Source: an uncultured Methylomirabilota bacterium
GTDB taxonomy: Bacteria > Methylomirabilota > Methylomirabilia > Methylomirabilales > 2-02-FULL-66-22
Assembly: GCA_963845565.1 (NCBI GenBank)
Contig: CAWJSJ010000001.1
Span: 896,001 to 960,000, forward strand
Length of the DNA stretch: 64,000 nt
Direction: 5' to 3'
The position numbers and the translations under genes are program-made. Below, piece after piece: positions 48,884 to 58,454 of the stretch. Numbering within the stretch: position 1 is the first letter of the stretch; each line of letters starts with the position of its first letter. Below the pieces are notes generated by a model. It made no database searches. It saw only the letters and a list, made by a program, of their open reading frames with translations, and was not told the DNA's origin.

Positions 48884-49081
48884 ATGCAGTACGTTTTGTT
48901 CGGTGGCATCTTTGGCCTGCCCGTGGCGGTCTGTTTGGGCCTGCTCGCCTTGAAGGTGCTGGACACCTTCGCGGCAGACGACCTGCCGGCGCCCGTTCGG
49001 AACGACGCCAGCCGCCTGCACGAGATCGAGTCCCGGGAAGACGCCCTGGTGGACTCGTTCTTCAACCCCCCCGTCAAATAG
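48884..49081 (+). CDS. Small single-TM protein
   Basis: GGAGG RBS, N-terminal TM, acidic tail. Confidence 0.55.
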   Translation: MQYVLFGGIFGLPVAVCLGLLALKVLDTFAADDLPAPVRNDASRLHEIESREDALVDSFFNPPVK

Positions 49082-49296
49082 ACCCCACCGCAATAACCGA
49101 ACATCCGTCAGACGTCCTCCAGCGTCCCACGCCGCGTCACCCGCGGGCCGGTCAACCCCGGCACCGCGCCCACCTCTACCCAGCCCCGGCGGTGGATCAG
49201 TCGGCGGGCGCGACGTCCGGCGCACTCGTTGACGCATTCGTGGCTGAGTGGTAGTGTCGCGCCACAGAGCTTCACCTATCCATGCAGGGTGCCGTA

Positions 49297-49827
49297 ATGA
49301 TTCGCCCCAACTCATCCACGCCGCGCCTCTGGATCGCATCGGCCGCGGCAAGCGTCCTCCGGGCCGCGATCCCCGGCGATGGTTTCGCCGAGCAGGGTGG
49401 CCCGTGGGATCCGGCTACATTCAAGGGTGTCAGGACGGTTGACGTGCAGGTGCCGCCGATCGACACGTCGGTGGAAAGCGATGGGTTTAGCCAGATCCAA
49501 TTTGAGGCTGACGTAAAACTGCGACTCTTGCGGGCTGGCATCGACGTCAACTCGTCCTCTCCGGTTTGTGCTGAACGGCTCTTTGTGTTGATCAACGCGG
49601 TGAAATCCGACGTACTCCCCCTCTATGCTGTTTCCTGCGATCTGGAATTCCGTCAGCCGGTGTGCCTGATGCGCGATCCGTGCGTCCTCACCTCTGCGAC
49701 CACCTGGAGTCGCAACATCGTCGAACTGGTGAGTTCAGCGAGAGCGGGAGACTTCACGCGCCAGTCATTAGCCAACCTTGTGGACCAGTTCATCAACGCC
49801 TACTTCGACCAGAATCCGAAGCAGTAG
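49297..49827 (+). CDS. Secreted hypothetical protein, paralog 2
   Basis: Collinear with 47858-48364 and ends in QNPKQ. Confidence 0.75.
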   Translation: MIRPNSSTPRLWIASAAASVLRAAIPGDGFAEQGGPWDPATFKGVRTVDVQVPPIDTSVESDGFSQIQFEADVKLRLLRAGIDVNSSSPVCAERLFVLINAVKSDVLPLYAVSCDLEFRQPVCLMRDPCVLTSATTWSRNIVELVSSARAGDFTRQSLANLVDQFINAYFDQNPKQ

Positions 49828-49870
49828 ACTGGCATCCGTCGTGCGGCGTGATGACAGACGGGAGAAAACC

Positions 49871-50056
49871 ATGAAGCCCATCGCACGGCTCGCCACGCTC
49901 TTCCTCACCTTGGTAGCTCTCGCCCAACTCATTCGTCTGGTGCTCCAGATCGAGGTGGTGGCTGGCGGCGTGCACATTCCGTTGTGGGCAAGCGCGGTGG
50001 CATGTGTCGTCACGGGCGGGCTGGCGATCCTGCTGTGGCGCGAGAGCAAGCGGTAA
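49871..50056 (+). CDS. Small 2-TM membrane protein
   Basis: GGAG RBS; MKP...LVALAQLIRLV...IPLWAS...LAILLWRE pattern. Confidence 0.7.
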   Translation: MKPIARLATLFLTLVALAQLIRLVLQIEVVAGGVHIPLWASAVACVVTGGLAILLWRESKR

Positions 50057-50723
50057 AGGGAGTGGAACCCGTCGTGGGTCCCGGTGTGCGGCAGATGGAC
50101 GAGGCTCCGATAGATTGGCGTTGACATCCCGGCCCGCTCGTCAGACTCTATTCCTGTTTCCCGCCGGATGGCCACCGCCTCCCGACGCGAACCCGCCGCA
50201 GCGGTGAGGGCCGCCCGGTGTGCGCGGCGGATGCTGTATTGGGTCGGGGTGTGGAAATGGCGCACGGACTCATCATCGTGTCCCGGGATCGGCCGGAGCT
50301 GTTTCGGACAACGGTGGGCGCGTCCCGCTGACGCCGTTCCAGTTGCAGGCCCCAGGAGCGTCGGGGTTCTCCCTCGGCGCTCGTGGTATTTCTGGTGTCA
50401 CGCGGCGGCCGTGAGGAGCAGCGCCACGCCCTTCCTCGGGAACGGGATCAACCCCAGGGGTGGAACCTCCGGTCTACATGTCTGGCGCATCCAATGACCC
50501 TGCACGGAACATATTGGGCGGAACATTTTTCCAGCACACTCCGCCCCGCCTTCGACGCACTCACACACCCGCGCCAAAAAGCTACGACTTGCGAGGGCTT
50601 GGCGTTTGCGAACACGGGTCGTGATTGTCTGACGGATCAGGCACGGTTCGTGCCTTCTACAGCCGTGTCGAGTATTCGTGACGTTTTGGCATCGTCCTGG
50701 TGGTCACATCGAAGGAGAACCGC

Positions 50724-50897
50724 ATGACATTCCTTCTATTCATCGGTGGAATCTTCGCGGCGATTGGCTTTTTTCTCGGGGTAGTTGCCACGGTGATTTG
50801 CCGACGAAACGACGGCGACAACCGGCCGATACCACACGCCTGTGCATACCCACACGGGGAGTGCCTGGTGACGCAAAACTCCAGCAACACAGCTTGA
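50724..50897 (+). CDS. Small single-TM protein
   Basis: AAGGAG RBS, N-terminal hydrophobic helix. Confidence 0.45.
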   Translation: MTFLLFIGGIFAAIGFFLGVVATVICRRNDGDNRPIPHACAYPHGECLVTQNSSNTA

Positions 50898-51400
50898 CCG
50901 AAAGCGGGAGGAACCGCGTATGGATCTCCTTCTTCTCATCGCGAGCGGGGTCGGCCTGGCCGTGGGCTGCAAGGTGATTGGCATGATCCTCGAAGTACGC
51001 CACGACTTCGCCCAACCGAAACACCGCGAGCCGCACCAGGGTGGTCACGGTCGGCTTCGCACTCCTGAGATCTCCTGCACGTCCGCTGTCGGCATCAGTG
51101 TTTTCATTCTCCGAACGACAAGTTGGGAGTGTCGCGGCCGTGAGCAATTGAACACCCCCAGCAGTGGCCGGGGGTCTCCTACCCCGTGCAGCCACACCGA
51201 CTCCACCCGGGCGCGGTGTTGCTGCATCGTGTCGGTGGTGGGCCGGTTCTCTTCCACCAGATCGGAGTTGATCCTGATGACCATGACAGGGCCGACGACG
51301 GTGTTCCACCCCACCGCGTTCGACTGGCGCCCACCGACGCTGAGGAGACCCGGACGCTCGGGTCAGAAGAACCAGGCGTGAGAACCACCACCGGGCGGAA

Positions 51401-51930
51401 TTACCTCCCATCCGCGGGCGTCAGGCGGGTTATGTACTTCTCCCGTTCCGGGTCCTTCTCGAAGAAGGCCACTACGCCGGCCGCCTCCGCCTTCTTTTCT
51501 GCATCCCAGGTCTGGATTTGCTCCGCCACCGGCACGAGAAACTCAAGCGACTGCTTCAGCGTGTCAACTTTGTCCCAGCACTCGGATCCCGGGTCACCGG
51601 GATCATGGCCAGGCCCTCTTTCGCCCACCCAAATTGCCGGACAGTGAGGATGTAGTAGCTCTTTCCGGGAGCGAGGTCCCCCGCCACCTCCACCTTGTTC
51701 TCGGCGATGCCGATGAAGAGGTGCCTCCCAGGAGCGCAGAGGTACTCGAAGTACGATTTCGGCTGACTCAAGCCGATGAATTGGTCCCGGTCCCAGACCT
51801 GGAAGCTGTTGAACGGCCTATTGATGACGGGCCCCCTGGATGGCCGCTGGACGTACACGAGGGCCTTATCCGGTGGCGGCCCATTGGAAGCGGTGGTGCG
51901 GGAACTGGATGTAGCCAGATGAACCCAGCA
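51401..51930 (-). pseudogene. Frameshifted DUF2846-like lipoprotein gene
   Basis: PPPDKALVYVQRPS...VWDRDQFIG...SYFEY...PGRHLF...LAPGKSYY; continues in another frame (GSECWDKV...) after a one-base shift near 51588. Confidence 0.6.
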
Positions 51931-52159
51931 TGGGGAGGGCGCGACCATGGCCGCACATACACCAAACTGGACGGCAGGCGTGGCATGGCGCGGAGGGGTG
52001 GCGCGCAGCTATCTGCGGCTCGGACTGCTCCTGCTCACCCTCCCGCCGTCTGGCTGCTCCCTCTTCATTTACCACGACTACGGCGAAGAGACTAGACCCG
52101 ATCCCAAATCCCGCAGCAACGCCCGCCGCGCTGTCCCGATCTCGCCCACCATTTGACGG

Positions 52160-52464
52160 CCGATCCGCGGATGGGTACAATCCTCAAGAATCGGAATGCA
52201 CGGATGTGTGGCTGTTCACCACGCCGGCAGAGATCGCCCGACGCTGGACGGACTTGGCCCCGCATCTGGGGCGCCGCCGGCCCTTCTGGGAGTTCCTCCT
52301 GCGGCGATGGCGGGAGGAGGGGCTCCTTGATTGCTAGCCGGCTGACCTCCCTCCAGCGTGATCTTTTGGAGGCGTTCTTCCAGCGGGAGTCCCGCTTCTT
52401 CTTGGCGGTCGGATCCCACCGCGTCGTCGAGTCTACCGCAACTCGAAACTGTCGCGCCTTCTGA
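52160..52464 (+). pseudogene. Relic of a small-partner / AbiEii-like nucleotidyltransferase gene pair
   Basis: C-terminal fragment TDVWLFTTP..HLGRRRPFWEFLL overlaps an N-terminal fragment LTSLQRDLLEAFFQRESRFFL that breaks off where the GG motif should be. Confidence 0.5.
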
Positions 52465-52749
52465 ATCGCTCCGAGAAACAGGGTCTCCGATGCCCCGGGC
52501 GGTGGCGCTGCCACCTCGGAACGGGTGGACATCGGCATGGTAGGCGTTTGCGTTCCGCCGCCACACTCAGGTAAGCTGGCCACGCCCGATGGTGGAGTCG
52601 AGACTGGCGCCGTGGGTGGCCAGGGGTCCATCAGCGCTCGGCGAGGGCGTCCGGTCGAGGGGTGCTCACTGCAGGGATGAAGGCACCAGAACCGGAGAGA
52701 CACCGGCGTGCCGCGCCCACCGCGACGCCATACCATACGAGGACAACGC

Positions 52750-53721
52750 ATGCGCATCGACACTGTCCGCGGCCCGCTCGAGACGTCCCAACTTGGCGTG
52801 ACCTTGATGCACGAGCATATCTTCGTGCTCAGCCCAGAGGTCCAACAGAACTATCCCGGCCAATGGAACGAAGACGAGCGCCTGGCGGATGCGGTCGCGA
52901 AGCTCAACGTGCTGAAGCGTCGGGGCGTGGATACTCTGGTGGATGTGACCGTCCTTGGCCTGGGTCGGGACGTCGCGCGCATCCAGCGCCTCGCCGCGCA
53001 CACCCCGCTACAGATTGTCGTCGCCACGGGTCTCTACACGTACCACGATCTCCCGCTGTACTTCCATTTCCGGGGTCCCGGGACCCTCTTCGGCGGGCCG
53101 GACGGCATGGCCGACCTGTTCGTGCGGGACATCACCGAGGGGATTGCCGGAACGGGAGTGAAGGCCGCCATCCTGAAGTGCGCCACCGAGGTCGCCGGCC
53201 TCACGCCCGGCGTCGAGCGCGTGTTGCGCGCCGTCGCGCAGGCGCATCGGCGGACCGGCGTACCGATCACCACGCACACCCACGCCCCGACCTACCGGGG
53301 CCGCGACCAACAACGCGTGTTCCGGGCCGAAGGGGTCGACCTCACGCGCGTCATCATCGGGCACGCGGGAGACAGCACCGACCTCGCCTACCTGCGGGAG
53401 TTGATGGACAACGGCTCCACCATTGGCATGGACCGGTTTGGGATCGACGTCATGCTGCCCTTTGAAGACCGCGTGAACACCGTGGCGCAGCTCTGCGCGC
53501 AGGGATACGCAGACCGGATGGTGTTGTCCCACGACGCGTCCTGCTTTTTGGACCTGTTTGACGCCGACGCCTGCCGCGCGCTCCTGCCGAAATGGTCCTA
53601 CACGCACCTCTTTGACGACGTGCTGCCCGCGCTCCGAACACGCGGCGTCACGGCGGACCAGATCCGGCAGATGTTCGTCGAGAACCCCCGGCGGATATTC
53701 GAGCACGCCGGGCCCTACTGA
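52750..53721 (+). CDS. Phosphotriesterase-like lactonase/amidohydrolase
   Basis: TLMHEH, ILKCA, TTHTH, IGHAG, LSHD binuclear-metal motifs. Confidence 0.93.
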   Translation: MRIDTVRGPLETSQLGVTLMHEHIFVLSPEVQQNYPGQWNEDERLADAVAKLNVLKRRGVDTLVDVTVLGLGRDVARIQRLAAHTPLQIVVATGLYTYHDLPLYFHFRGPGTLFGGPDGMADLFVRDITEGIAGTGVKAAILKCATEVAGLTPGVERVLRAVAQAHRRTGVPITTHTHAPTYRGRDQQRVFRAEGVDLTRVIIGHAGDSTDLAYLRELMDNGSTIGMDRFGIDVMLPFEDRVNTVAQLCAQGYADRMVLSHDASCFLDLFDADACRALLPKWSYTHLFDDVLPALRTRGVTADQIRQMFVENPRRIFEHAGPY

Positions 53722-53903
53722 TCGGCAGAGGTGGCCGCGCACCCGGGTTGCTGGAATAACCCTGCAGTGCGGCCCGGGGCGTCGTCCCGCCCGGCCGGGG
53801 GTCCTGCGCGAGGCCTGAGGGCGGGGGTAGCAAGAACAGACCTGCGCAACGAGGCGATCGCGGCGCGGCGCGTCCGGCTCCACAAGCCCCTCATCGAACC
53901 GAT

Positions 53904-55031
53904 TCAGCCGCCTCCGGAGCGATGAGCCTTCGTCGCGTCGCTCTCCGCTTCCTGCGTTCTCGGGAATTTGGGCGAGAACCGGAAGACTGTGACGGACCGG
54001 AACCGTTGCCCGGGGTTGAGGATCGTCGAGGGAAAGTGGGGGTGGTTTGGCGAATCTGGAAAGTGCTGGGTTTCCAAGCAGATGGCGCTCCGGACGGGAT
54101 AGGGTTTGCCGCCTTTGCCGATGTCGCTCCCTGCGCCAGTCAAAAAATTCCCGCTATACACTTGCATGGCTGGTTCGGTGGTATACACCTCCAGGACCCG
54201 GCCGGAGACCGGATCCGCGAGCCGTGCGGCAAAGGTCAGGCCCTGGCCGGACGCATTGAGCACGTAGTTGTGATCGTAGCCAGACCCGAATTTCAATTGC
54301 GCATCCTCGGCATCGATGCGGGCGCCGATCCGGCTTGGTCGGCGAAAATCCAGCGGCGTCCCCTGGACCTCCCGGATCTCGCCCGTGGGGATCAGGGTGG
54401 CATCGCAGGGGGTGAACCGGTCGGCATTGACCAGCAGGTCGTGGTCCAGGATGTCGCCCGACCCCTCCCCTGCCAGGTTGAAGTACGTGTGGTTGGTGAA
54501 ATTGACGATGGTGGGCTTGTCCGTCACCGCCTCGTAAATCAGGCCGAGTTCGTGGTCCTCGCTGAGCGTATACGTGACGGTTAGCGTGGTGGTGCCGGGA
54601 TACCCTTCCTCCTCATCCCGGAAGTCGTACGTAAATCGAACGGTCCGGTCGTCGATCTGCACCCCGGCCATGATCTGCGATTGCACGCCCTTCCCGCCGT
54701 GGAGGTGATTGGCCCCGTTGTTGAGGGGGAGTTGGTAGGGCGTTCCATTCAGGGTGAACCGGCCCTTCGCAATGCGATTGGCGAACCGGCCGATGACCGC
54801 CCCAAACGTCTGCCGGCCGGTCAGGTAGCGCTCGAGGGTCTCGTACCCGAGCACGACGTCACCCAAGTGGTCGTTCCGATCCGGCACCAGCAGTTGGACG
54901 ATCTTCCCGCCCTGATTGGTGAGTTTCACCACCATACCACCACTATTGCTCAGGGTGTAGAGATCGACCGGTTTCCCGTCAATGGTTCTCTGAAACGCCC
55001 CACGCGCGATTTCCACGTACATCGTATTCAT
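53904..55031 (-). CDS. galM: Aldose 1-epimerase (mutarotase)
   Basis: GRFANRI, NHLHGG, TNHTYFNL, YDHNY, CLETQHFPD. Confidence 0.93.
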   Translation of the reverse strand: MNTMYVEIARGAFQRTIDGKPVDLYTLSNSGGMVVKLTNQGGKIVQLLVPDRNDHLGDVVLGYETLERYLTGRQTFGAVIGRFANRIAKGRFTLNGTPYQLPLNNGANHLHGGKGVQSQIMAGVQIDDRTVRFTYDFRDEEEGYPGTTTLTVTYTLSEDHELGLIYEAVTDKPTIVNFTNHTYFNLAGEGSGDILDHDLLVNADRFTPCDATLIPTGEIREVQGTPLDFRRPSRIGARIDAEDAQLKFGSGYDHNYVLNASGQGLTFAARLADPVSGRVLEVYTTEPAMQVYSGNFLTGAGSDIGKGGKPYPVRSAICLETQHFPDSPNHPHFPSTILNPGQRFRSVTVFRFSPKFPRTQEAESDATKAHRSGGG

Positions 55032-55065
55032 GTTTGCTCCACTTTGGGCTCATGCAAGGACGTCC

Positions 55066-55500
55066 TCACACAGCGTATCGAATGGCGACGGAAACCCCCT
55101 TCTCGGCTGACGCAGCGATAGCGTCGCAGATCACGGCCGCGCGATAGCCATCCTCGAAGGTGGCCCCGTACGGAGCGACGGTTCCCCGGCCTTCGATGGC
55201 GTCCAGCAGACAGCCGATCTCGTGCACAAACGTCTGGTCCCATCCCAGCGGATGCCGCGGCCACCACTGGGCCACGAACGGGTGCGCGGCGTCGGTCACC
55301 TCGATGCGGCGAAATCCGGCCAAGGCCGTTCCCTCGTCGGCGCGCCGGAACGGGAACTCCGGGTCGGCCAACGACGATTGGAGGTATCGCGCCCGGAACT
55401 GCAGGACACGGCCGAGCTTTCCCTCGGCAATGAGGTGCTTGGCCAGGCGCACGGCCGGAAGGAACCTGATAGTTGAACCCACACATGTGGACCACTTCCG
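55066..55500 (-). pseudogene. Gfo/Idh/MocA oxidoreductase relic with large deletions
   Basis: HMCGFNY / RFLPAV...YLQS and C-terminal WWP..H.LGW..TFVHE...ATFEDG are present; the Rossmann domain and central region are missing. Confidence 0.8.
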
Positions 55501-55589
55501 ACGACGCGCCGGCGGGTACCGCCCCCCACCCATCGCCACGGCGAGCGGTGTCTGGTCGATCAACACGACCGGGGAACCGGACCCGCGTC

Positions 55590-56876
55590 TCACTTCATGA
55601 GGAGGTCCGGCAGGAACGTGACGATGCTGGGGAACACGATCAGCAGCACGATCGTCACGATCAGAGGGATCAGAAACGGGAGCGTGGCGCGGACCACGCG
55701 ATCGAACGCGATGCCGGTCATGCCGGTGACCATGAACAGGCCCAGGCCAAACGGCGGCGTCAGGATGCCAAGAACCGCCGTGATTGTGAAGACGACGCCG
55801 AAGAAGACCTTCGAGATGTTCATGGCTTCGATGACGGGCATCACGACCGGCAAGACCAGGAAGAACATGGCGGTGACCTCGACGAAGCAGCCGAGGAGCA
55901 GGATGAGCCCCGCCAAGGCCAACACCAGCGCCGTGGGGCCCACGGCGTAGCTGCGGACCGTGTCGATCAGCAGGTCTCCGATGCGCTCCCGGGTCAGGAC
56001 GGTGGAGAAGATCAGCGCCGCTCCGATGATAACGTAGACCGTGCTGCAGAACTTCGCCGTCTCCTTGCAGTCCGTGAAGATCGTCCGCCACGTCAGCTCT
56101 CGATAAACGAACTTCCCAAGACAGAGCGCGTAGGCCACGGCCACCGCGGCGGCCTCCGTCGGCGTGAAAACGCCCCCGACCATTCCGCTGAGGATGATCA
56201 CGGGATTCAGGAGTGGAAGAAGGACGGTCTTGCTGTGGCCCCACAGGCCGGCGAGCGTCGGGCGCGGGCTCACCGCGTAGTTCTTGTTTCGGGAATACAC
56301 ATAGACCATCACCATCAGGGCAACACCCATGAGGACACCGGGCACCACTCCGCCCAAGAACAGCCGCCCCACGGATTCGTTGGCCATGACCGCATAGAGG
56401 ACCAGCGGCGCGCTGGGGGGAATGATCGGCCCGATGGTGGACGACGCGATCGTGATCGCGGCGGAGAAGTCGTCATCGTACCCCTTCTCCCGCATCCCCT
56501 TGATCTCCACCACACCGAGGCCGCCGATGTCCGCCACCGCACTCCCCGACATCCCGGCAAAGATCATGCTGGCCATCACGTTGACGTGGCCGAGGCCGCC
56601 TGGTATCCAACCGATCAACGCCTCGGCGAAATCGAAGATGCGCCGGGTCACCCCACCCGTGTTCATCAACCGGCCCGCGAGCGTGAACAGCGGAAAGGCG
56701 AGGAGCAGGAACGACGTGATCGTCCCGGTGCTCATCTGCGTCGGCAGAATGGTGAGCGGGACCTGGTTGAGGAGGAAATAGGGAATGCAGGCGAAGATGA
56801 GCGCTGCCCAGATGGGGACGTTCATCATCAGGAGCAGCCCGGAGAGGACGAGGACGACGAGCAGGCTTGCGCTCAT
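55590..56876 (-). CDS. dctM: TRAP transporter large permease
   Basis: MSGSAVAD, IIPPS, FTPTEAA, TPPFG. Confidence 0.93.
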   Translation of the reverse strand: MSASLLVVLVLSGLLLMMNVPIWAALIFACIPYFLLNQVPLTILPTQMSTGTITSFLLLAFPLFTLAGRLMNTGGVTRRIFDFAEALIGWIPGGLGHVNVMASMIFAGMSGSAVADIGGLGVVEIKGMREKGYDDDFSAAITIASSTIGPIIPPSAPLVLYAVMANESVGRLFLGGVVPGVLMGVALMVMVYVYSRNKNYAVSPRPTLAGLWGHSKTVLLPLLNPVIILSGMVGGVFTPTEAAAVAVAYALCLGKFVYRELTWRTIFTDCKETAKFCSTVYVIIGAALIFSTVLTRERIGDLLIDTVRSYAVGPTALVLALAGLILLLGCFVEVTAMFFLVLPVVMPVIEAMNISKVFFGVVFTITAVLGILTPPFGLGLFMVTGMTGIAFDRVVRATLPFLIPLIVTIVLLIVFPSIVTFLPDLLMK

Positions 56877-57337
56877 GCCGCCCCCCGTCGTGTGCGCCAG
56901 TACTTCCCCACAAGGTAACCAAGCATCGAGAGGGCGCCGACGCCGGCGGCGAGGTAGTACGCCAGGCTCACCGAGATGTCCAGCGCCATGGTCGTCATCC
57001 CGTAGTTCATCCGCATGGCCGTCCAGCAACTCACGAGCATGACCAGCAGCACCACCGTCAGGATGCCGTCGGCGAGCACATCCAGCGCGCGCCGGCCGCC
57101 CGGCGGTAGGCGGTCGGCGAGGACGCTGATCGAGAGCTGCGTGCGTTCAGGGTAACTCAGGCCCAGCGTCGCGTAGACCGACCAGATGACCAGGATCGAG
57201 GTCAACTCCACCGTCCAGCTGAACGGCGCGTTGAAGATGGCGCGAGCCACGATGCTGGCCAGTATGGACAGGACGATCACGATCAAGAGTACGGCCCCCA
57301 GACCCGCCTGTACTCTGGAGAACCAAGACTGCCGCAT
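56873..57337 (-). CDS. dctQ: TRAP transporter small permease
   Basis: 4 TM, WTVEL; ATGA overlap with dctM. Confidence 0.88.
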   Translation of the reverse strand: MRQSWFSRVQAGLGAVLLIVIVLSILASIVARAIFNAPFSWTVELTSILVIWSVYATLGLSYPERTQLSISVLADRLPPGGRRALDVLADGILTVVLLVMLVSCWTAMRMNYGMTTMALDISVSLAYYLAAGVGALSMLGYLVGKYWRTRRGAA

Positions 57338-57351
57338 CGGCCTCGACTCCT

Positions 57352-57383
57352 GCCGGGGTGGGGAGCGCGCTCCCCACCCCGGC
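57352..57383. repeat. Perfect 32-bp palindrome between dctP and dctQ
   Basis: GCCGGGGTGGGGAGCGCGCTCCCCACCCCGGC is its own reverse complement. Confidence 0.8.
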
Positions 57384-57403
57384 GTGTCCACCGGATGACG
57401 CCG

Positions 57404-58399
57404 CTATTTCGCCAGTGCCGAGAACTCGTCCCAGGCCTTCCCCCATTCGGGAATGTATTTTTCCTTCAGCATCTCGACGGCCCGGAGCCGGAAAGGTTCC
57501 GTGGAGGCCGGCCGCACGATGGCGACCCCCGCCTCTTCCAGCTTCTTCAGGAAGTCTTTCTGCACGGCCTCGTTCTGATCGAAAAACCACCGCCAGGCCT
57601 CGTACCCACTGTCGAGCACGATTTTTTGCTGCTCCTGCGTCATCTTGTTGAAGGAGGTTTTGTTGAGGTAGACGGCGGCCGCCTGGATCATGTGGCTGGT
57701 CAGGCTGTAGTGCTTCGCTGCCTCGAAGAACTTCATGTTGATCATGTTCTCGGGGGTCCCCTCCACCGCATCCACCACCCCCTGCTTCAGGGCCATGTAG
57801 GTTTCCCCGAAGGGGAGAGGCGAGGCGATGGCGCCCACGGCGTGCGCGACCACGCGGAAGGTCGGAACGTCAGGCACCCGCAGCTTCAACCCCTTGGCGT
57901 CGTCCGGCCCCTTGATCGGTTTCCTGGCCAGCACGTTCCGCACCCCCAGCCACTGGAGGCCGCCGAACACCATATTCGATTTCTGCTCCAGCAATCCGGA
58001 CATCTGCTGCATGTAGGCCCGGTTGAACGCCACGTTCTCGAAATGCTTAAGGCTCTGGAAGGTGTACGCGTTCTCGAACATCCCGAACGGCGGCGCGAAC
58101 CGCACGGCGCCGCCCGCACCCACCACCGACCAGTCGATCGTCCCGAGATTCGCGTTCTCCAGAAGGGTCCGCTCGTTACCGAGCTGTTCGCTCGGGTAGA
58201 CTTCGATCACCACCGCACCCTTCGTGCGCTCCTTGACGAGATCCGCCCACTTCACGAGCGTAATGTGCATCATGTTCTTCGGCGTCCCGGTGTGCCCGCC
58301 CTTCAGGACCAACGCGGCGTCGCTCGGGGTACCGAGCGCGGCCGCCACGAAGACGATCAGACCGATCACCGCACATCGCGCCAACCCTCTCGATGTCAT
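57404..58399 (-). CDS. dctP: TRAP transporter substrate-binding protein
   Basis: VYPSEQLG, GVRN, GLKLRVP, ETYMALKQGVVDAVE. Confidence 0.93.
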   Translation of the reverse strand: MTSRGLARCAVIGLIVFVAAALGTPSDAALVLKGGHTGTPKNMMHITLVKWADLVKERTKGAVVIEVYPSEQLGNERTLLENANLGTIDWSVVGAGGAVRFAPPFGMFENAYTFQSLKHFENVAFNRAYMQQMSGLLEQKSNMVFGGLQWLGVRNVLARKPIKGPDDAKGLKLRVPDVPTFRVVAHAVGAIASPLPFGETYMALKQGVVDAVEGTPENMINMKFFEAAKHYSLTSHMIQAAAVYLNKTSFNKMTQEQQKIVLDSGYEAWRWFFDQNEAVQKDFLKKLEEAGVAIVRPASTEPFRLRAVEMLKEKYIPEWGKAWDEFSALAK

Positions 58400-58454
58400 G
58401 GTCTCGACTCCTTTCCTCGGCATCAAGCCGAAAATCCCGACGGGTGACACGTCA

